Positions 44,545 to 54,372 of a stretch of 64,000 nt of DNA are shown piece after piece. The stretch's first letter is position 1. Every line of letters starts with the position of its first letter. The notes under the pieces were generated by a model. The model had not been told where the DNA came from, did no database searches, and worked only from the letters and a program-made list of their open reading frames with translations. Origin of the DNA: an uncultured Fidelibacterota bacterium (lineage in GTDB: Bacteria > Fidelibacterota > Marinisomatia > Marinisomatales > UBA1611); NCBI GenBank assembly GCA_937893835.1, contig CALCSS010000050.1, positions 5,456-69,455 on the forward strand, given 5' to 3'. Both the position numbers and the translations under genes were made by a program.

Positions 44545-45498
44545 ATGGAAAGAAAACAAAGAACGATCAGAACCTCACAGTCCTGCCAAGGCGTTGGTTT
44601 GCATACAGGGGTGAAAACTGTGATCACATTCCATCCCGCACCCGAAAATTCGGGGATTCGTTTCATTAGATCTGATATTACAGACTGTACTGAGATAAAA
44701 GCTGACATAGATCACGTTGTAGATATTTCACGTGGCACTACAATAGAAGAAAATGATGTCAGAATTCATACTGTAGAGCATGCGCTTGCAGCTGTGAGTG
44801 GATTAAGGCTAGACAATATCTTAATTGAGCTTACTGGTAAAGAGCCACCTGTTATGGATGGAAGCGCAAAAGATTTTGTTGAATGTTTAATAAAGGCTGG
44901 TATACGCGTTCAAAATAAAGAGCGAAAGGTTTTAGAAATAACGCGTGCTGTAAACTATACAAATTCATATAGAGATATTGATATCCACGTGATTCCCTCT
45001 GATAGATTTAGAATCACATTTATGGTTGAATATAATCTTTCAGCTCTTGGAACTCAGTACGAGGCAATTTACAATATGGAAGAAGATTTTGCCTTTGAGG
45101 TCGCACCAGCAAGAACTTTTTGTTTCTTGAGTGAGGTGGAGATGCTGAAGGAGAGAGGTCTGATTAAGGGTGGTGGTCTAGACAATGCAGTTGTGATAGT
45201 TGATAAGGAAATTGATTCCATTGAAATGGATAGATTGAAACTGTTATTTGGTATTGAGCATAATATAATTCAAGGGGCTAATGGGATATTGAATGGCAAG
45301 GTGCTAAGATTTAAGAATGAGCCAGTCCGACATAAGACCTTGGATCTTATTGGAGATCTCGCCCTTCTTGGTGTCCCCATCAGGGGCCACGTCACAGCAG
45401 CAAGAGCAGGACATGCAAGCAATGTTGAATTTGTAAAAAAATTAAAAAAACAATATTCTAAGGAATTAAAAATATTATGGACAGACAAAGATGAATGA
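44545..45498 (+). CDS. lpxC: UDP-3-O-acyl-N-acetylglucosamine deacetylase
   Basis: 317 aa. Motifs are QRTI..GVGLHTG, HTVEHALAA, HKTLDLIGDLALLG and AGHASN. Confidence 0.95.
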   Translation: MERKQRTIRTSQSCQGVGLHTGVKTVITFHPAPENSGIRFIRSDITDCTEIKADIDHVVDISRGTTIEENDVRIHTVEHALAAVSGLRLDNILIELTGKEPPVMDGSAKDFVECLIKAGIRVQNKERKVLEITRAVNYTNSYRDIDIHVIPSDRFRITFMVEYNLSALGTQYEAIYNMEEDFAFEVAPARTFCFLSEVEMLKERGLIKGGGLDNAVVIVDKEIDSIEMDRLKLLFGIEHNIIQGANGILNGKVLRFKNEPVRHKTLDLIGDLALLGVPIRGHVTAARAGHASNVEFVKKLKKQYSKELKILWTDKDE

Positions 45499-45955
45499 TT
45501 TATTGGAAAAAACAAAGTTTGATATAAATGACATAATAAAAATCTTACCACATAGATATCCGTTTATTTTAATTGATAAGATTGAAATCACTGATCCAGG
45601 AAAATCTCTGATTGCCTTAAAAAATGTGACAATTAATGAACCATTTTTTCAAGGTCATTTTCCAGGTCAGCCCATTTTCCCTGGAGTACTTTCTTTAGAG
45701 GTCTTATGTCAAGCGGGATCTTTTTTAATGTTGAATCAAGTTGATGACCCTCTAGAAAAGAATATGTTTTTCACGACAGTTGAAAAAACAAAATTCAAAC
45801 GACCAATAGTACCTGGGGACCAATTGAAGATAGAGGTTGAGCTTGTTAAAAAGAAACTTAATCTATGCAAATTCCACGGGAAATGTAGTATTGATGATAA
45901 ACTTGCTGTTGATGCCTTTTTTTCAGCTAATTTGGTAGATAGAGCAAGAGAATAA
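45491..45955 (+). CDS. fabZ: 3-hydroxyacyl-ACP dehydratase FabZ
   Basis: 154 aa. Motifs are LPHRYPFILIDKI and NEPFFQGHFPGQPIFPGVL. There is an 8-nt overlap with lpxC in a different frame. Confidence 0.95.
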   Translation: MNDLLEKTKFDINDIIKILPHRYPFILIDKIEITDPGKSLIALKNVTINEPFFQGHFPGQPIFPGVLSLEVLCQAGSFLMLNQVDDPLEKNMFFTTVEKTKFKRPIVPGDQLKIEVELVKKKLNLCKFHGKCSIDDKLAVDAFFSANLVDRARE

Positions 45956-45956
45956 T

Positions 45957-46730
45957 ATTTCTAGTCTATTACACCAAACGGCCATAATTCATGAATCAGC
46001 CATTTTAGGAAATAATGTAAAGGTTGGTCCATACTCTGTTATAGAAAAAGATGTGACGATTGAAGATAATTGCGAAATCGGTAATTTTGTTACCATTTGC
46101 CCAAACACATACATTGCTGAAGATTGCAAGATCTTGCATTGCAGTTCTATTGGAGAAATACCGCAAGACCTAAAGTTTGAAGGAGAAAGAACAAAAACTA
46201 TAATTGGTGCCCGTACAAAAATAAGGGAATATGTGACTGTTAATCGTGGAACAAAAGCACTTGGTCAAACACAGGTTGGTTCCGATTGTTTATTGATGGC
46301 CTCATCCCATGTGGCACATGACTGTATCTTAGGCGACAATGTAATAATGTCCAATTTATCAACCCTTGGTGGTCATGTAGAAGTAGGTGAATGGGCAGTT
46401 TTAGGAGGAGGAGTGCTTGTACATCAGTTTACAAAGATAGGGCCCCATGCATTTATAGGAGGAGGTTTTAGGGCAGTCCAAGATGTCCCTCCATTTATAA
46501 TGGCAGCAGAACATCCTCTCAGGTATAAGGGAGTTAATTCAGTTGGATTGAAAAGAAGAGGCTTCTCACTAGAAGATAGGAGATCAATAAAAAAAATATA
46601 TCATATGTATTTTAAATCTGGACTAAATAGAGACGATGCTTTAAAAAAGATTGAGACAGAGATTCCCCCATCTAATAGCAAGGATCAGATTGTTGATTTT
46701 ATACATACATCTGATAGGGGTATTATTTAA
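45957..46730 (+). CDS. lpxA: UDP-N-acetylglucosamine acyltransferase (start proposed at non-canonical ATT)
   Basis: The track ORF (GTG 46053, 225 aa) lacks the conserved N-terminus. The frame is open from 45939 and encodes SSLLHQTAIIHESAILGNNVKVGPYSVIEKD upstream of 46053. The downstream part is collinear with E. coli LpxA (SSHVAHDCILGDN, VHQFTKIGPHAFIGGG, QDVPPF, GLKRRGFS). Gene identity is 0.95; the exact start is uncertain. Confidence 0.8.
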   Translation: MSSLLHQTAIIHESAILGNNVKVGPYSVIEKDVTIEDNCEIGNFVTICPNTYIAEDCKILHCSSIGEIPQDLKFEGERTKTIIGARTKIREYVTVNRGTKALGQTQVGSDCLLMASSHVAHDCILGDNVIMSNLSTLGGHVEVGEWAVLGGGVLVHQFTKIGPHAFIGGGFRAVQDVPPFIMAAEHPLRYKGVNSVGLKRRGFSLEDRRSIKKIYHMYFKSGLNRDDALKKIETEIPPSNSKDQIVDFIHTSDRGII

Positions 46731-46739
46731 ATTTATTTT

Positions 46740-47408
46740 GTGAAATTAATTTTTACAGTTGCTCTATTGTTGTCCTTTACATACCCTCAATCAGAGCTTT
46801 TTAACATCACCGATGGCAGCGCAAAAGAAATTGTATATTCCTCCTCATTTTGGCTAAGTGGGTCTCCAATGATAGATCCAATGTCTAATAATCGACTTAT
46901 TATAGAAACCGGATTATCCTCAATTCTTGTAGCGGCTAATTCAAATACCTTTAAATATCCAAATCTTGATGTTGGAATTAAAGTAACCAAGAATCTATCA
47001 TTGACATATAAATCCTATGGTTTTAAATCAGGAAATGATCATCCACAGATCACAGGCGGGGGTCTTCAATATTATTTTGGTGGTAAGGATACTCTAAATT
47101 GGAGTACCACTTTGCAGCGAATTGATTTAAAGGGACTGGAGTATTTTGGTTTAACGTCCTTATTGATAGATATTCGTAAATGGTTTCAGTGGAATGATCT
47201 TACTTTCCGAATAGGTATGGGTACAAACTTTTTTAAAGAGCGTTCATTTCTTGGAGATCATGATCTTCCCAAGACCATGGAAGGACAAATGAATTTCATC
47301 GGTTTTGATTTTGCTATTCCAATATCTGTAATGATCTTAGGATTAGAGAATCGAATTACACCACATAGATCAATTGTAACATTTTTCATTCAAAAAGAAA
47401 TATTCTAA
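46740..47408 (+). CDS. Hypothetical outer-membrane beta-barrel protein
   Basis: 222 aa with a GTG start and signal peptide MKLIFTVALLLSFTYPQ. It has an alternating amphipathic pattern and a C-terminal aromatic residue (..FFIQKEIF). I recognise no family. Confidence 0.5.
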   Translation: MKLIFTVALLLSFTYPQSELFNITDGSAKEIVYSSSFWLSGSPMIDPMSNNRLIIETGLSSILVAANSNTFKYPNLDVGIKVTKNLSLTYKSYGFKSGNDHPQITGGGLQYYFGGKDTLNWSTTLQRIDLKGLEYFGLTSLLIDIRKWFQWNDLTFRIGMGTNFFKERSFLGDHDLPKTMEGQMNFIGFDFAIPISVMILGLENRITPHRSIVTFFIQKEIF

Positions 47409-48553
47409 TGAAAAAACGTCTTTCTATATTGGGATCAACGGGGTCTATTGGGGTAAACGCACTTAATGTTATTTCACATTTGAAAGATGATCTTGAAATA
47501 ACCTATTTATCTGCAAACAGTAATATTGATCTTTTATTGGAACAAGCTAAGAAATTTACCCCTAGGGCAGTTGCTGTTGTTGACGAACTAGCAAGTAAAA
47601 ATATAAAAAGTGATCTAGAATCAATGGGAGTTGAATTATTAACTGGTCGGTTGGGCCTATTGGACCTAGCTCAGAGAAATGACATCGATATTATGCTGAA
47701 TGCCTTGGTGGGTTCATCAGGAATGGAGCCAACTCTTCATGCCATTAGATCTGGTGTTAATGTTGCTTTGTCAAACAAGGAAAGTCTTGTTATGGCCGGG
47801 GATATAATAAATAAAGCATTGGAAGAATCTGATACAAAACTATTCCCAGTTGATAGCGAGCATTCAGCCATTTGGCAATGTTTGGTTGGTGAGGATATAA
47901 AAGATGTAAATCGACTCATATTGACCGGCAGTGGTGGCCCATTTAGGGAGAGACCCGTATCTACATTTAAAGATATAACAATTGATGAGGCGCTCAAACA
48001 TCCCAATTGGGATATGGGTAAAAAGATAACCATTGATAGTGCTACGATGATGAATAAGGGACTAGAGGTGATCGAGGCATATTGGTTGTTTGGATTTGCT
48101 CCTGATAAGGTAGATATTGTAATTCATCCACAATCCATCATTCATTCCATGATAGAGATGAACGATGGTGCAATCAAAGCACAAATGGGCGTCCCAGACA
48201 TGAAGGTACCAATACAATACGCACTTACTTACCCAGAACACAAAAATGCACCTTGGGAGAGGCTAGATCTTTTTAATTGTGGAGACCTTACTTTCCAAGA
48301 ACCAGATCTCAAAAGATTTCCCTCGATCTCATTGGCATTCAAGGCGTTGGAGCGAGCAGGTACATCTGGAGCTTCTCTCAATTTGGCCAATGATATCACG
48401 GTTGATCTATTTTTAAAAAATAAGATATTATTCACCGATATTCCCAGAATAAATGAGATCATATTGGAGGATCATCCGTGGATTGAACATCCTAGCCTTG
48501 ACGATATAAATGATCTAGAAATATGGGTAAAAAACAAGATCAATGATTCTTGA
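47408..48553 (+). CDS. dxr: 1-deoxy-D-xylulose 5-phosphate reductoisomerase
   Basis: 381 aa. Motifs are ILGSTGSIGVNAL, PVDSEHSAIWQCL, LTGSGGPFR, NWDMGKKITIDSATMMNKGLEVIEA and HPQSIIHSM. Confidence 0.96.
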   Translation: MKKRLSILGSTGSIGVNALNVISHLKDDLEITYLSANSNIDLLLEQAKKFTPRAVAVVDELASKNIKSDLESMGVELLTGRLGLLDLAQRNDIDIMLNALVGSSGMEPTLHAIRSGVNVALSNKESLVMAGDIINKALEESDTKLFPVDSEHSAIWQCLVGEDIKDVNRLILTGSGGPFRERPVSTFKDITIDEALKHPNWDMGKKITIDSATMMNKGLEVIEAYWLFGFAPDKVDIVIHPQSIIHSMIEMNDGAIKAQMGVPDMKVPIQYALTYPEHKNAPWERLDLFNCGDLTFQEPDLKRFPSISLAFKALERAGTSGASLNLANDITVDLFLKNKILFTDIPRINEIILEDHPWIEHPSLDDINDLEIWVKNKINDS

Positions 48554-48596
48554 TATAGTGGAACAAAAAATGATTTTTTTTGTAGATTAAATATAT

Positions 48597-49766
48597 ATGA
48601 CAACACTCTGGGCATTTATTATACTACTTGGTGTTCTTATCACCATACATGAATTCGGTCATTTTATGGCTGCAAGATCTGTTGGAGTAAGGGTAGAGCG
48701 TTTTTCTATTGGAATCCCTCCGCGATTTTTAACTATCGAGTCTATTGATGATGGCCTATTATGTAAATTATTCTTTTTCAAACGTACCAGAGGTTCTTTT
48801 AAATGGCAACCCGTATTAGAAAAACATATTAATAGAACAGGCCGGTTGGGATCTGGGACCGAATATGTGGTAGCGCTATTACCATTGGGTGGCTATGTTA
48901 AAATGGCTGGGATTATTGATGAGAACATGGACACAGAGATAAATTATGAAGAAGATGAATTTATGTCTAAACCATTATGGGCAAAACTATGGATATTGAG
49001 CGCTGGAGTAATAATGAATACCATTTTAGCATTCATCCTCTTTGCATCACTGGGATATTATCAAGGTTCTGCGGAGATCAAAGATGAGCCAGTAGTTAGG
49101 GAGACGATTGGAAATATGCCCGCAGAAATGGCTGGAATAATACCAGGTGACCGAATCATAAAGATAAATGATAACAATGTAAAAACCTGGAGCGAACTAA
49201 CCAGTTTGATAAAGACCAGACCAAATACTAAAATTGATTTGGTCCTTGAAAGAGATGATTCAATGATCAATCTTGAAATAACCACAACTACAAGTGTAAT
49301 CCCAGTAAAAGGCGGTATGGATACAGTAGGAGTATTAGGCATTTATCCTGAAATGGTATATATGAGCATAACAGCAAAAGAGGCAATCTCTATTGGCTTT
49401 TCAAGAACGATTGGAAGTTTTATGATGATAATTGAGAGTCTTCGCATGTTGGGAGCTGGTGATGCATCAGTCTCAGACTTTGGTGGCCCGATCTTGATCG
49501 CTCAGCTTGCTGGGCAGACAGCTGAGGCTGGACTAATACCATTTCTTACCTTTATGGCACTATTAAGCGTTAACCTTGCGTTCTTGAACATATTGCCCAT
49601 TCCAGGCTTGGATGGAGGTCATATCTTAATTCATCTCATAGAAGCAGCAATAAGGAGGCCATTGACGTTGAAGACCAGAATTGCCATTCAACAAATTGGA
49701 ATGGCATTCATTCTTATATTAATGGTAACAATTATATTTCAAGATATTACTAGATTGTTTAATTGA
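48597..49766 (+). CDS. rseP: Site-2 (M50) regulated intramembrane metalloprotease RseP
   Basis: 389 aa. Motifs are the HEFGHF zinc motif, LPLGGYVKM, a single PDZ-like segment (GNMPAEMAGIIPGDRIIKIN) and NILPIPGLDGGH. Confidence 0.9.
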   Translation: MTTLWAFIILLGVLITIHEFGHFMAARSVGVRVERFSIGIPPRFLTIESIDDGLLCKLFFFKRTRGSFKWQPVLEKHINRTGRLGSGTEYVVALLPLGGYVKMAGIIDENMDTEINYEEDEFMSKPLWAKLWILSAGVIMNTILAFILFASLGYYQGSAEIKDEPVVRETIGNMPAEMAGIIPGDRIIKINDNNVKTWSELTSLIKTRPNTKIDLVLERDDSMINLEITTTTSVIPVKGGMDTVGVLGIYPEMVYMSITAKEAISIGFSRTIGSFMMIIESLRMLGAGDASVSDFGGPILIAQLAGQTAEAGLIPFLTFMALLSVNLAFLNILPIPGLDGGHILIHLIEAAIRRPLTLKTRIAIQQIGMAFILILMVTIIFQDITRLFN

Positions 49767-50463
49767 TAATGCTATCAAGCTCAAGCACTAGTGATCCATA
49801 TTTCATGGTGAGCCATATCTTTACTGGATATTGATGGTCATCATTAGAAAACAAGATGGACATTTGAGATCTATTTTTAAAATTTTTTCTATTTGACCTA
49901 ACTGGTGTTACCTTGGTACATGAAAATTTTCCAGCGGGTACGATAATTTCAATATCTTCTTCTATCAAAATACTTAATGGGGTGATCTTTTTCCCCTGGA
50001 TGGTATTCAAGGTGTCAGATGCCATACTGGCTATATCTTTATTACGAAAAAAATAGAATAATGAATAAGGTGACTGTGTTCCTCTTGGGATTTGCAAGGT
50101 ATCATTTTCTAATAGGACGCTACCGGATTGATGATCAAGGATCATTTCTCGTGAATATTCATAACTTCCTTCTTTGATCATTGATGATTCTTTTATTGTA
50201 AATAGAGAATCCTCACTAAGCCACAGATCGATTTTATCATTAATCGGAAACAAATAACTTATCAGGCCCTTTGATCTTGCAGTGAATTGTACATGATATG
50301 TCATAGTATCACTGAATTTTTCTTTCCCGATGACCTTTAGACTGGCATTGGCTGCAGAGACACCCCCGAATGAGGCATTATATCTTAAGGTCTCACCTGA
50401 TTTAAAAGGGATGCCACCCAATAATGAAGAATAGAATAAGCACGATAAAAAGATATTCCTCAT
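49759..50463 (-). CDS. Secreted hypothetical protein, DUF3108-like
   Basis: It has a signal peptide (MRNIFLSCLFYSSLLG) then FKSGETLRYNASFGGVSAANASL. The overall pattern resembles DUF3108 as I remember it. ATG 50463 (TAATG overlap with the tsaC stop) is preferred over track start 50481. The 3' end overlaps convergent rseP by 8 nt. Confidence 0.5.
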   Translation of the reverse strand: MRNIFLSCLFYSSLLGGIPFKSGETLRYNASFGGVSAANASLKVIGKEKFSDTMTYHVQFTARSKGLISYLFPINDKIDLWLSEDSLFTIKESSMIKEGSYEYSREMILDHQSGSVLLENDTLQIPRGTQSPYSLFYFFRNKDIASMASDTLNTIQGKKITPLSILIEEDIEIIVPAGKFSCTKVTPVRSNRKNFKNRSQMSILFSNDDHQYPVKIWLTMKYGSLVLELDSIIN

Positions 50464-51032
50464 TAGCGGAGGACCTGCCAATCACCATTATTGAACTTAT
50501 ATATCGTAGATCCTCTACCTTTGATGATCCCATCATCAATACATAGATCTATCTCATTAGAGAATTCTATTTCAATTTTATCAGGGTTTGTATGTGGATT
50601 GTGGCCAGAACGATTCACACTTGTAGTTGTGATGGGATTTGGATAATTCTTGGCAAGATCTATGCAAAAGGTGTGATCTGGTATTCTAATTCCCAGGGTG
50701 TTTCCGTCTCCCATCACCAGTCTGGATGCTATGTGATCTTTAACGGGCACTATTATTGTGGTTGCTGTCATCATCCTGTCTTTAGCATTTGTTTTTTCAT
50801 GATCTGGTAGGTTCATCCACAATGATCCAGTTTCAAGATCTGGGCATAAAACACTCATTGGAGCTTCTCGTTGTTTTATTGAATTGATCTTTTGAATTGC
50901 ACCATCATTACACGCATCACATCCTAGGCCATAGATAGTATCTGTAGGGTATGCAATGATTCCTCCCGCTTCTAGGATTGAACATGTTTTTTTTAAAACA
51001 TTTTTATCGTTGATTGATATTCTTTCAAACAC
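50463..51032 (-). CDS. tsaC: L-threonylcarbamoyladenylate synthase (TsaC/YrdC family)
   Basis: 189 aa. Motifs are IIAYPTDTIYGLGCDA, LGIRIPDH and TTTSVNRSG. Confidence 0.88.
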   Translation of the reverse strand: MFERISINDKNVLKKTCSILEAGGIIAYPTDTIYGLGCDACNDGAIQKINSIKQREAPMSVLCPDLETGSLWMNLPDHEKTNAKDRMMTATTIIVPVKDHIASRLVMGDGNTLGIRIPDHTFCIDLAKNYPNPITTTSVNRSGHNPHTNPDKIEIEFSNEIDLCIDDGIIKGRGSTIYKFNNGDWQVLR

Positions 51033-51045
51033 AGCAAATGGTCTT

Positions 51046-51897
51046 TTAGGGTTTTGTCTTCCATCTTCTATGAAACCAAAAATATTGTTCTGGGTTAGCT
51101 CGGATGTGTTGTTCTAGAATATTTGTATAGTCTTGAGTAATGTTATTAATGTCCTGACTTGATGTATCCACAGGAGAGAATCTTAACTCATAGTGCTGGA
51201 ATGATCTTTTGATACAAACGCCCATTACCATAGGCGCTGATGTATTGATATGAAAAAGGGCCGCACCCTTAGGCGTAGATGCTGGCAAACCAAAAAACTT
51301 TACAAAAACACCCTTTTTCTTGGCATCTTGATCGCTCACCAATCCAAGTATCCCATTTTTTTTTAAAACATCATACATCTTTTCAATTGGTTCTTTCCGA
51401 AAAATATGTTTGGTTCCAGGAATTTCTCGTTGCTCTTGAAAGAATTGATCAGCGCCTCTATTTTGTTGGCGCTGGGCCACACCAGTGAATAAAGAAGCAT
51501 ATTCGCCAAGCCATTTCCCCAAGATCTCCCAACATCCAAAGTGACCAGTAATGAAAACAATACCCTTTCCCTGATTTGTGGCGGACCTTAGAAAATCCTC
51601 TCCAATAACATCTATCTTTATTCCATCCCACGATCTAGGAATTGATATAAAATCAATGAAGTTTTGAGAAAAGAATAAATAGACCTTTATTAAAGTAAGA
51701 TTCACTTTTGATTCAGCCCATTCTGGAAATGCCCTTTGCAAATTTTCCCTAGCTAGCTCTTTCCTAAAACGTATATTATGAAATAATATGCTTGCCATAT
51801 GTCCTGCCAATCTGTTTCTGGACCTTTTTGAAATGGCTGATAGACCGGCTTTGCATAAGGTAAGCAAAAAATATGTGATTGTATGAGAACGCTTCAT
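51046..51897 (-). CDS. Lipid A biosynthesis late acyltransferase family protein (LpxL/HtrB-like)
   Basis: 283 aa with an N-terminal TM. It has the H-x4-E/D catalytic motif in FITGHFGCWE, plus PEQYFWFHRRWK near the C-terminus, typical of the family. Confidence 0.75.
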   Translation of the reverse strand: MKRSHTITYFLLTLCKAGLSAISKRSRNRLAGHMASILFHNIRFRKELARENLQRAFPEWAESKVNLTLIKVYLFFSQNFIDFISIPRSWDGIKIDVIGEDFLRSATNQGKGIVFITGHFGCWEILGKWLGEYASLFTGVAQRQQNRGADQFFQEQREIPGTKHIFRKEPIEKMYDVLKKNGILGLVSDQDAKKKGVFVKFFGLPASTPKGAALFHINTSAPMVMGVCIKRSFQHYELRFSPVDTSSQDINNITQDYTNILEQHIRANPEQYFWFHRRWKTKP

Positions 51898-51974
51898 CTT
51901 ATGTCGAAATTACGACTATGTTATATCTATATTTTGTTCGTTTTTTAATTAATAATGAATGAGATTTAAAGGTA

Positions 51975-53315
51975 GTGAAAAGACTGTTATTATATAAATT
52001 ATTTGTTCTATCAACTTTATACGCGGAGGTGGTATATCGAGTTCCGATCGAAGGGACGATCGATCTTGGATTACCTCCTTTTATACAAAGAACGTTAGAT
52101 GAGGCAGAATCAAAAAATGCAGCAGTTGTGATCTTTGACATTAATACTTTTGGAGGACGCGTTGATGCAGCCACACAGATCAAGGATGCAATTTTAGGTG
52201 CCGATGTAACTACAGTTGCATATATTAATAGACGTGCTATTTCTGCGGGGGCACTTATCTCATTGTCCTGTGAAAAAATATTTATGACCGGAGGAGGATT
52301 GATAGGTGCTGCAACAGCAGTAGATATGTCTGGGAAAAAAGGAAGTGAAAAGGTCATTAGTTTCATGCGTGAAGAAATGGCATCTACAGCTGAGCGACGA
52401 GGACGGAGTAAGGAAATAGCAAGAGGCATGGTGGACGAAGAGTTGAATTTTACACACTTGGTCATCAATGGTGATTCTATAGCAGTGAATGATATTGAAG
52501 GGAGAAAAGATGGTAAACTGATCTCATTGACAACAGATCAAGCTATAAAATATGGCATTGCTGATGGTACCGCTGAGACCATTGATGCCTTAATGGATTC
52601 ACTGGGATATGGATCTATTGAGATCATGGAGAGTTCTGAAAATTGGTCAGAGAACATTGTTAGATTTTTGACAAATCCGGTAGTAGCATCACTGCTGACC
52701 ACATTTGGTTTTTTAGGTATTCTCTTTGAACTTCAAAGTCCAGGCTGGGGAATCCCTGGCTTTGTTGGGCTTACTTGTCTAATACTATCGTTAAGTGTAT
52801 CCTATATTGCGCAATTAGCAACCATGTCAGATATGATATTCATACTAACAGGTTTGTCCTTAATGCTTCTTGAGATGTTGGTCATACCCGGGTTTGGTAT
52901 TGTTGGAATTGGTGGAATTGGTTTCATGTTATATGGTCTATATCTACTATTGTTGCCCGAGGTCCCTGTGGGCGAAGAGGTTCTAGGCCAAGCAATGGAT
53001 GGATTTCTTATTGGAATTTTAGGAGCCATAGTTGGATTGATCTTATTAGTAAAACTAATGATAAGGTCAAAATTTTGGGAGCAATTGACAGCTCCCAGTT
53101 CACAAAAAAAGGATCAAGGATTTTCAAATACTCAAGGCTGGGAAGTTCTTCAAGGTCAAACGGGAACATCAGATACTGACTTACATCCCTCAGGATGGGT
53201 CGTTGTTGAAGGTCAAAGAATTTTTGTCGTAAGTGAGGGCGGCTTTATTGAGAAAGGGAAAAAGGTTACGATTCTCAGTGTGGATGGTAATCGAGTTTTA
53301 GTTAGAGAATTATAA
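51975..53315 (+). CDS. nfeD: NfeD-family membrane-bound ClpP-class serine protease
   Basis: 446 aa with a GTG start. It has a signal peptide and a ClpP-like domain ([28 protein letters not shown]). Central TM helices are followed by a C-terminal NfeD OB-fold ([31 protein letters not shown]). It lies immediately upstream of floA, as in B. subtilis yqeZ-yqfA. Confidence 0.85.
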   Translation: MKRLLLYKLFVLSTLYAEVVYRVPIEGTIDLGLPPFIQRTLDEAESKNAAVVIFDINTFGGRVDAATQIKDAILGADVTTVAYINRRAISAGALISLSCEKIFMTGGGLIGAATAVDMSGKKGSEKVISFMREEMASTAERRGRSKEIARGMVDEELNFTHLVINGDSIAVNDIEGRKDGKLISLTTDQAIKYGIADGTAETIDALMDSLGYGSIEIMESSENWSENIVRFLTNPVVASLLTTFGFLGILFELQSPGWGIPGFVGLTCLILSLSVSYIAQLATMSDMIFILTGLSLMLLEMLVIPGFGIVGIGGIGFMLYGLYLLLLPEVPVGEEVLGQAMDGFLIGILGAIVGLILLVKLMIRSKFWEQLTAPSSQKKDQGFSNTQGWEVLQGQTGTSDTDLHPSGWVVVEGQRIFVVSEGGFIEKGKKVTILSVDGNRVLVREL

Positions 53316-53334
53316 TAAGAAAAGGGGAATAATT

Positions 53335-54339
53335 ATGCCTATTGTGCAAATGTTGTTACTTGGTTTCATTGTTTTTTCGATCACAACACTTCTTTATTTT
53401 GTTCCAATCGGAATGTGGATACAAGGAATCGTCTCTCTTGGTCTAGGTAGGATTCGAATTGTTGATCTAATACGTATGCGATTGAGAAAGATCTCACCTA
53501 GATTGGTCACCGATGGTGTGATAAACCTACACAAGGCTGGCCTACCGCATATCACTACCGATATGCTCGAGACTCACTTTCTTGCAGGTGGGAATGTTCA
53601 AAATATAGTTTCCGCATTAATTGCTGCTGACAAGGCAAATATTAAACTACCTTTTGAAACTGCAACTGCCATCGATCTTGCTGGACGCGATGTGAAGGAG
53701 GCTGTACAAACCTCAGTGTATCCCAAGGTGATCAATGCACCAAAAGAAGGATACTTGGCTGCTGTTGCCAAGGATGGCATTGAATTAAAAGCAAGAGCTA
53801 GAGTAACGGTCAGAACAAATATCCCGGGTCTGGTTGGTGGTGCAACAGATGATACGATCATTGCAAGAGTGGGAGAAGGGATTGTATCTGCCATTGGTTC
53901 AGCAACGAACTATTCTAAGGTTCTAGAGAACCCAGATAACATATCAAGAGCTGTATTGGATAAGGGATTGGATGCTGGAACTGCCTTTGAAATACTCTCC
54001 ATTGACATTGCTGATCTTGATGTTGGAAAAAATATCGGAGCCTCTCTTCAAGCCGACCAGGCAGAGGCAGACCTTAGGGTTGCACAGGCGAAGGCAGAAA
54101 CGAGAAGAGCAATGGCTGTAGCAGAAGAACAAGAGATGACAGCCAAGACCCAAGAAATGAAAGCTAAGGTCGTCGAGGCAGAATCTGAGGTACCAAGGGC
54201 CATGGCACATGCTTTTAGAGAAGGCAATATGGGGATCATGGACTACTATAAAATGGAAAACATAAAATCAGATACAACGATGCGTGAATCCATAGCCGAT
54301 ACTGGAACAGAGTCGAATACGGAAGAGAATGACGATTAG
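53335..54339 (+). CDS. floA: Flotillin-like SPFH protein FloA (YqfA/UPF0365)
   Basis: 334 aa, near-collinear by eye with B. subtilis FloA. Motifs are [69 protein letters not shown] and [17 protein letters not shown]. Confidence 0.92.
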   Translation: MPIVQMLLLGFIVFSITTLLYFVPIGMWIQGIVSLGLGRIRIVDLIRMRLRKISPRLVTDGVINLHKAGLPHITTDMLETHFLAGGNVQNIVSALIAADKANIKLPFETATAIDLAGRDVKEAVQTSVYPKVINAPKEGYLAAVAKDGIELKARARVTVRTNIPGLVGGATDDTIIARVGEGIVSAIGSATNYSKVLENPDNISRAVLDKGLDAGTAFEILSIDIADLDVGKNIGASLQADQAEADLRVAQAKAETRRAMAVAEEQEMTAKTQEMKAKVVEAESEVPRAMAHAFREGNMGIMDYYKMENIKSDTTMRESIADTGTESNTEENDD

Positions 54340-54372
54340 CGGTAATTCCCTGTTGAGATAAGATCTTTGGGT

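Noticed and set aside
45488-45498. Reading lpxC and fabZ as a frameshifted pseudogene of the fused LpxC-FabZ gene.
   Set aside because: Both ORFs are full length with their own ATG and stop. The LpxC C-terminus (..KKLKKQYSKELKILWTDKDE) and FabZ N-terminus look complete. An 8-nt overlap is the normal junction style throughout this window.
51899-52468. 189-aa minus-strand ORF.
   Set aside because: It is antisense to the conserved ClpP-like domain of nfeD. Its Ala/Ser/Pro/Ile-rich shadow translation has no motifs.
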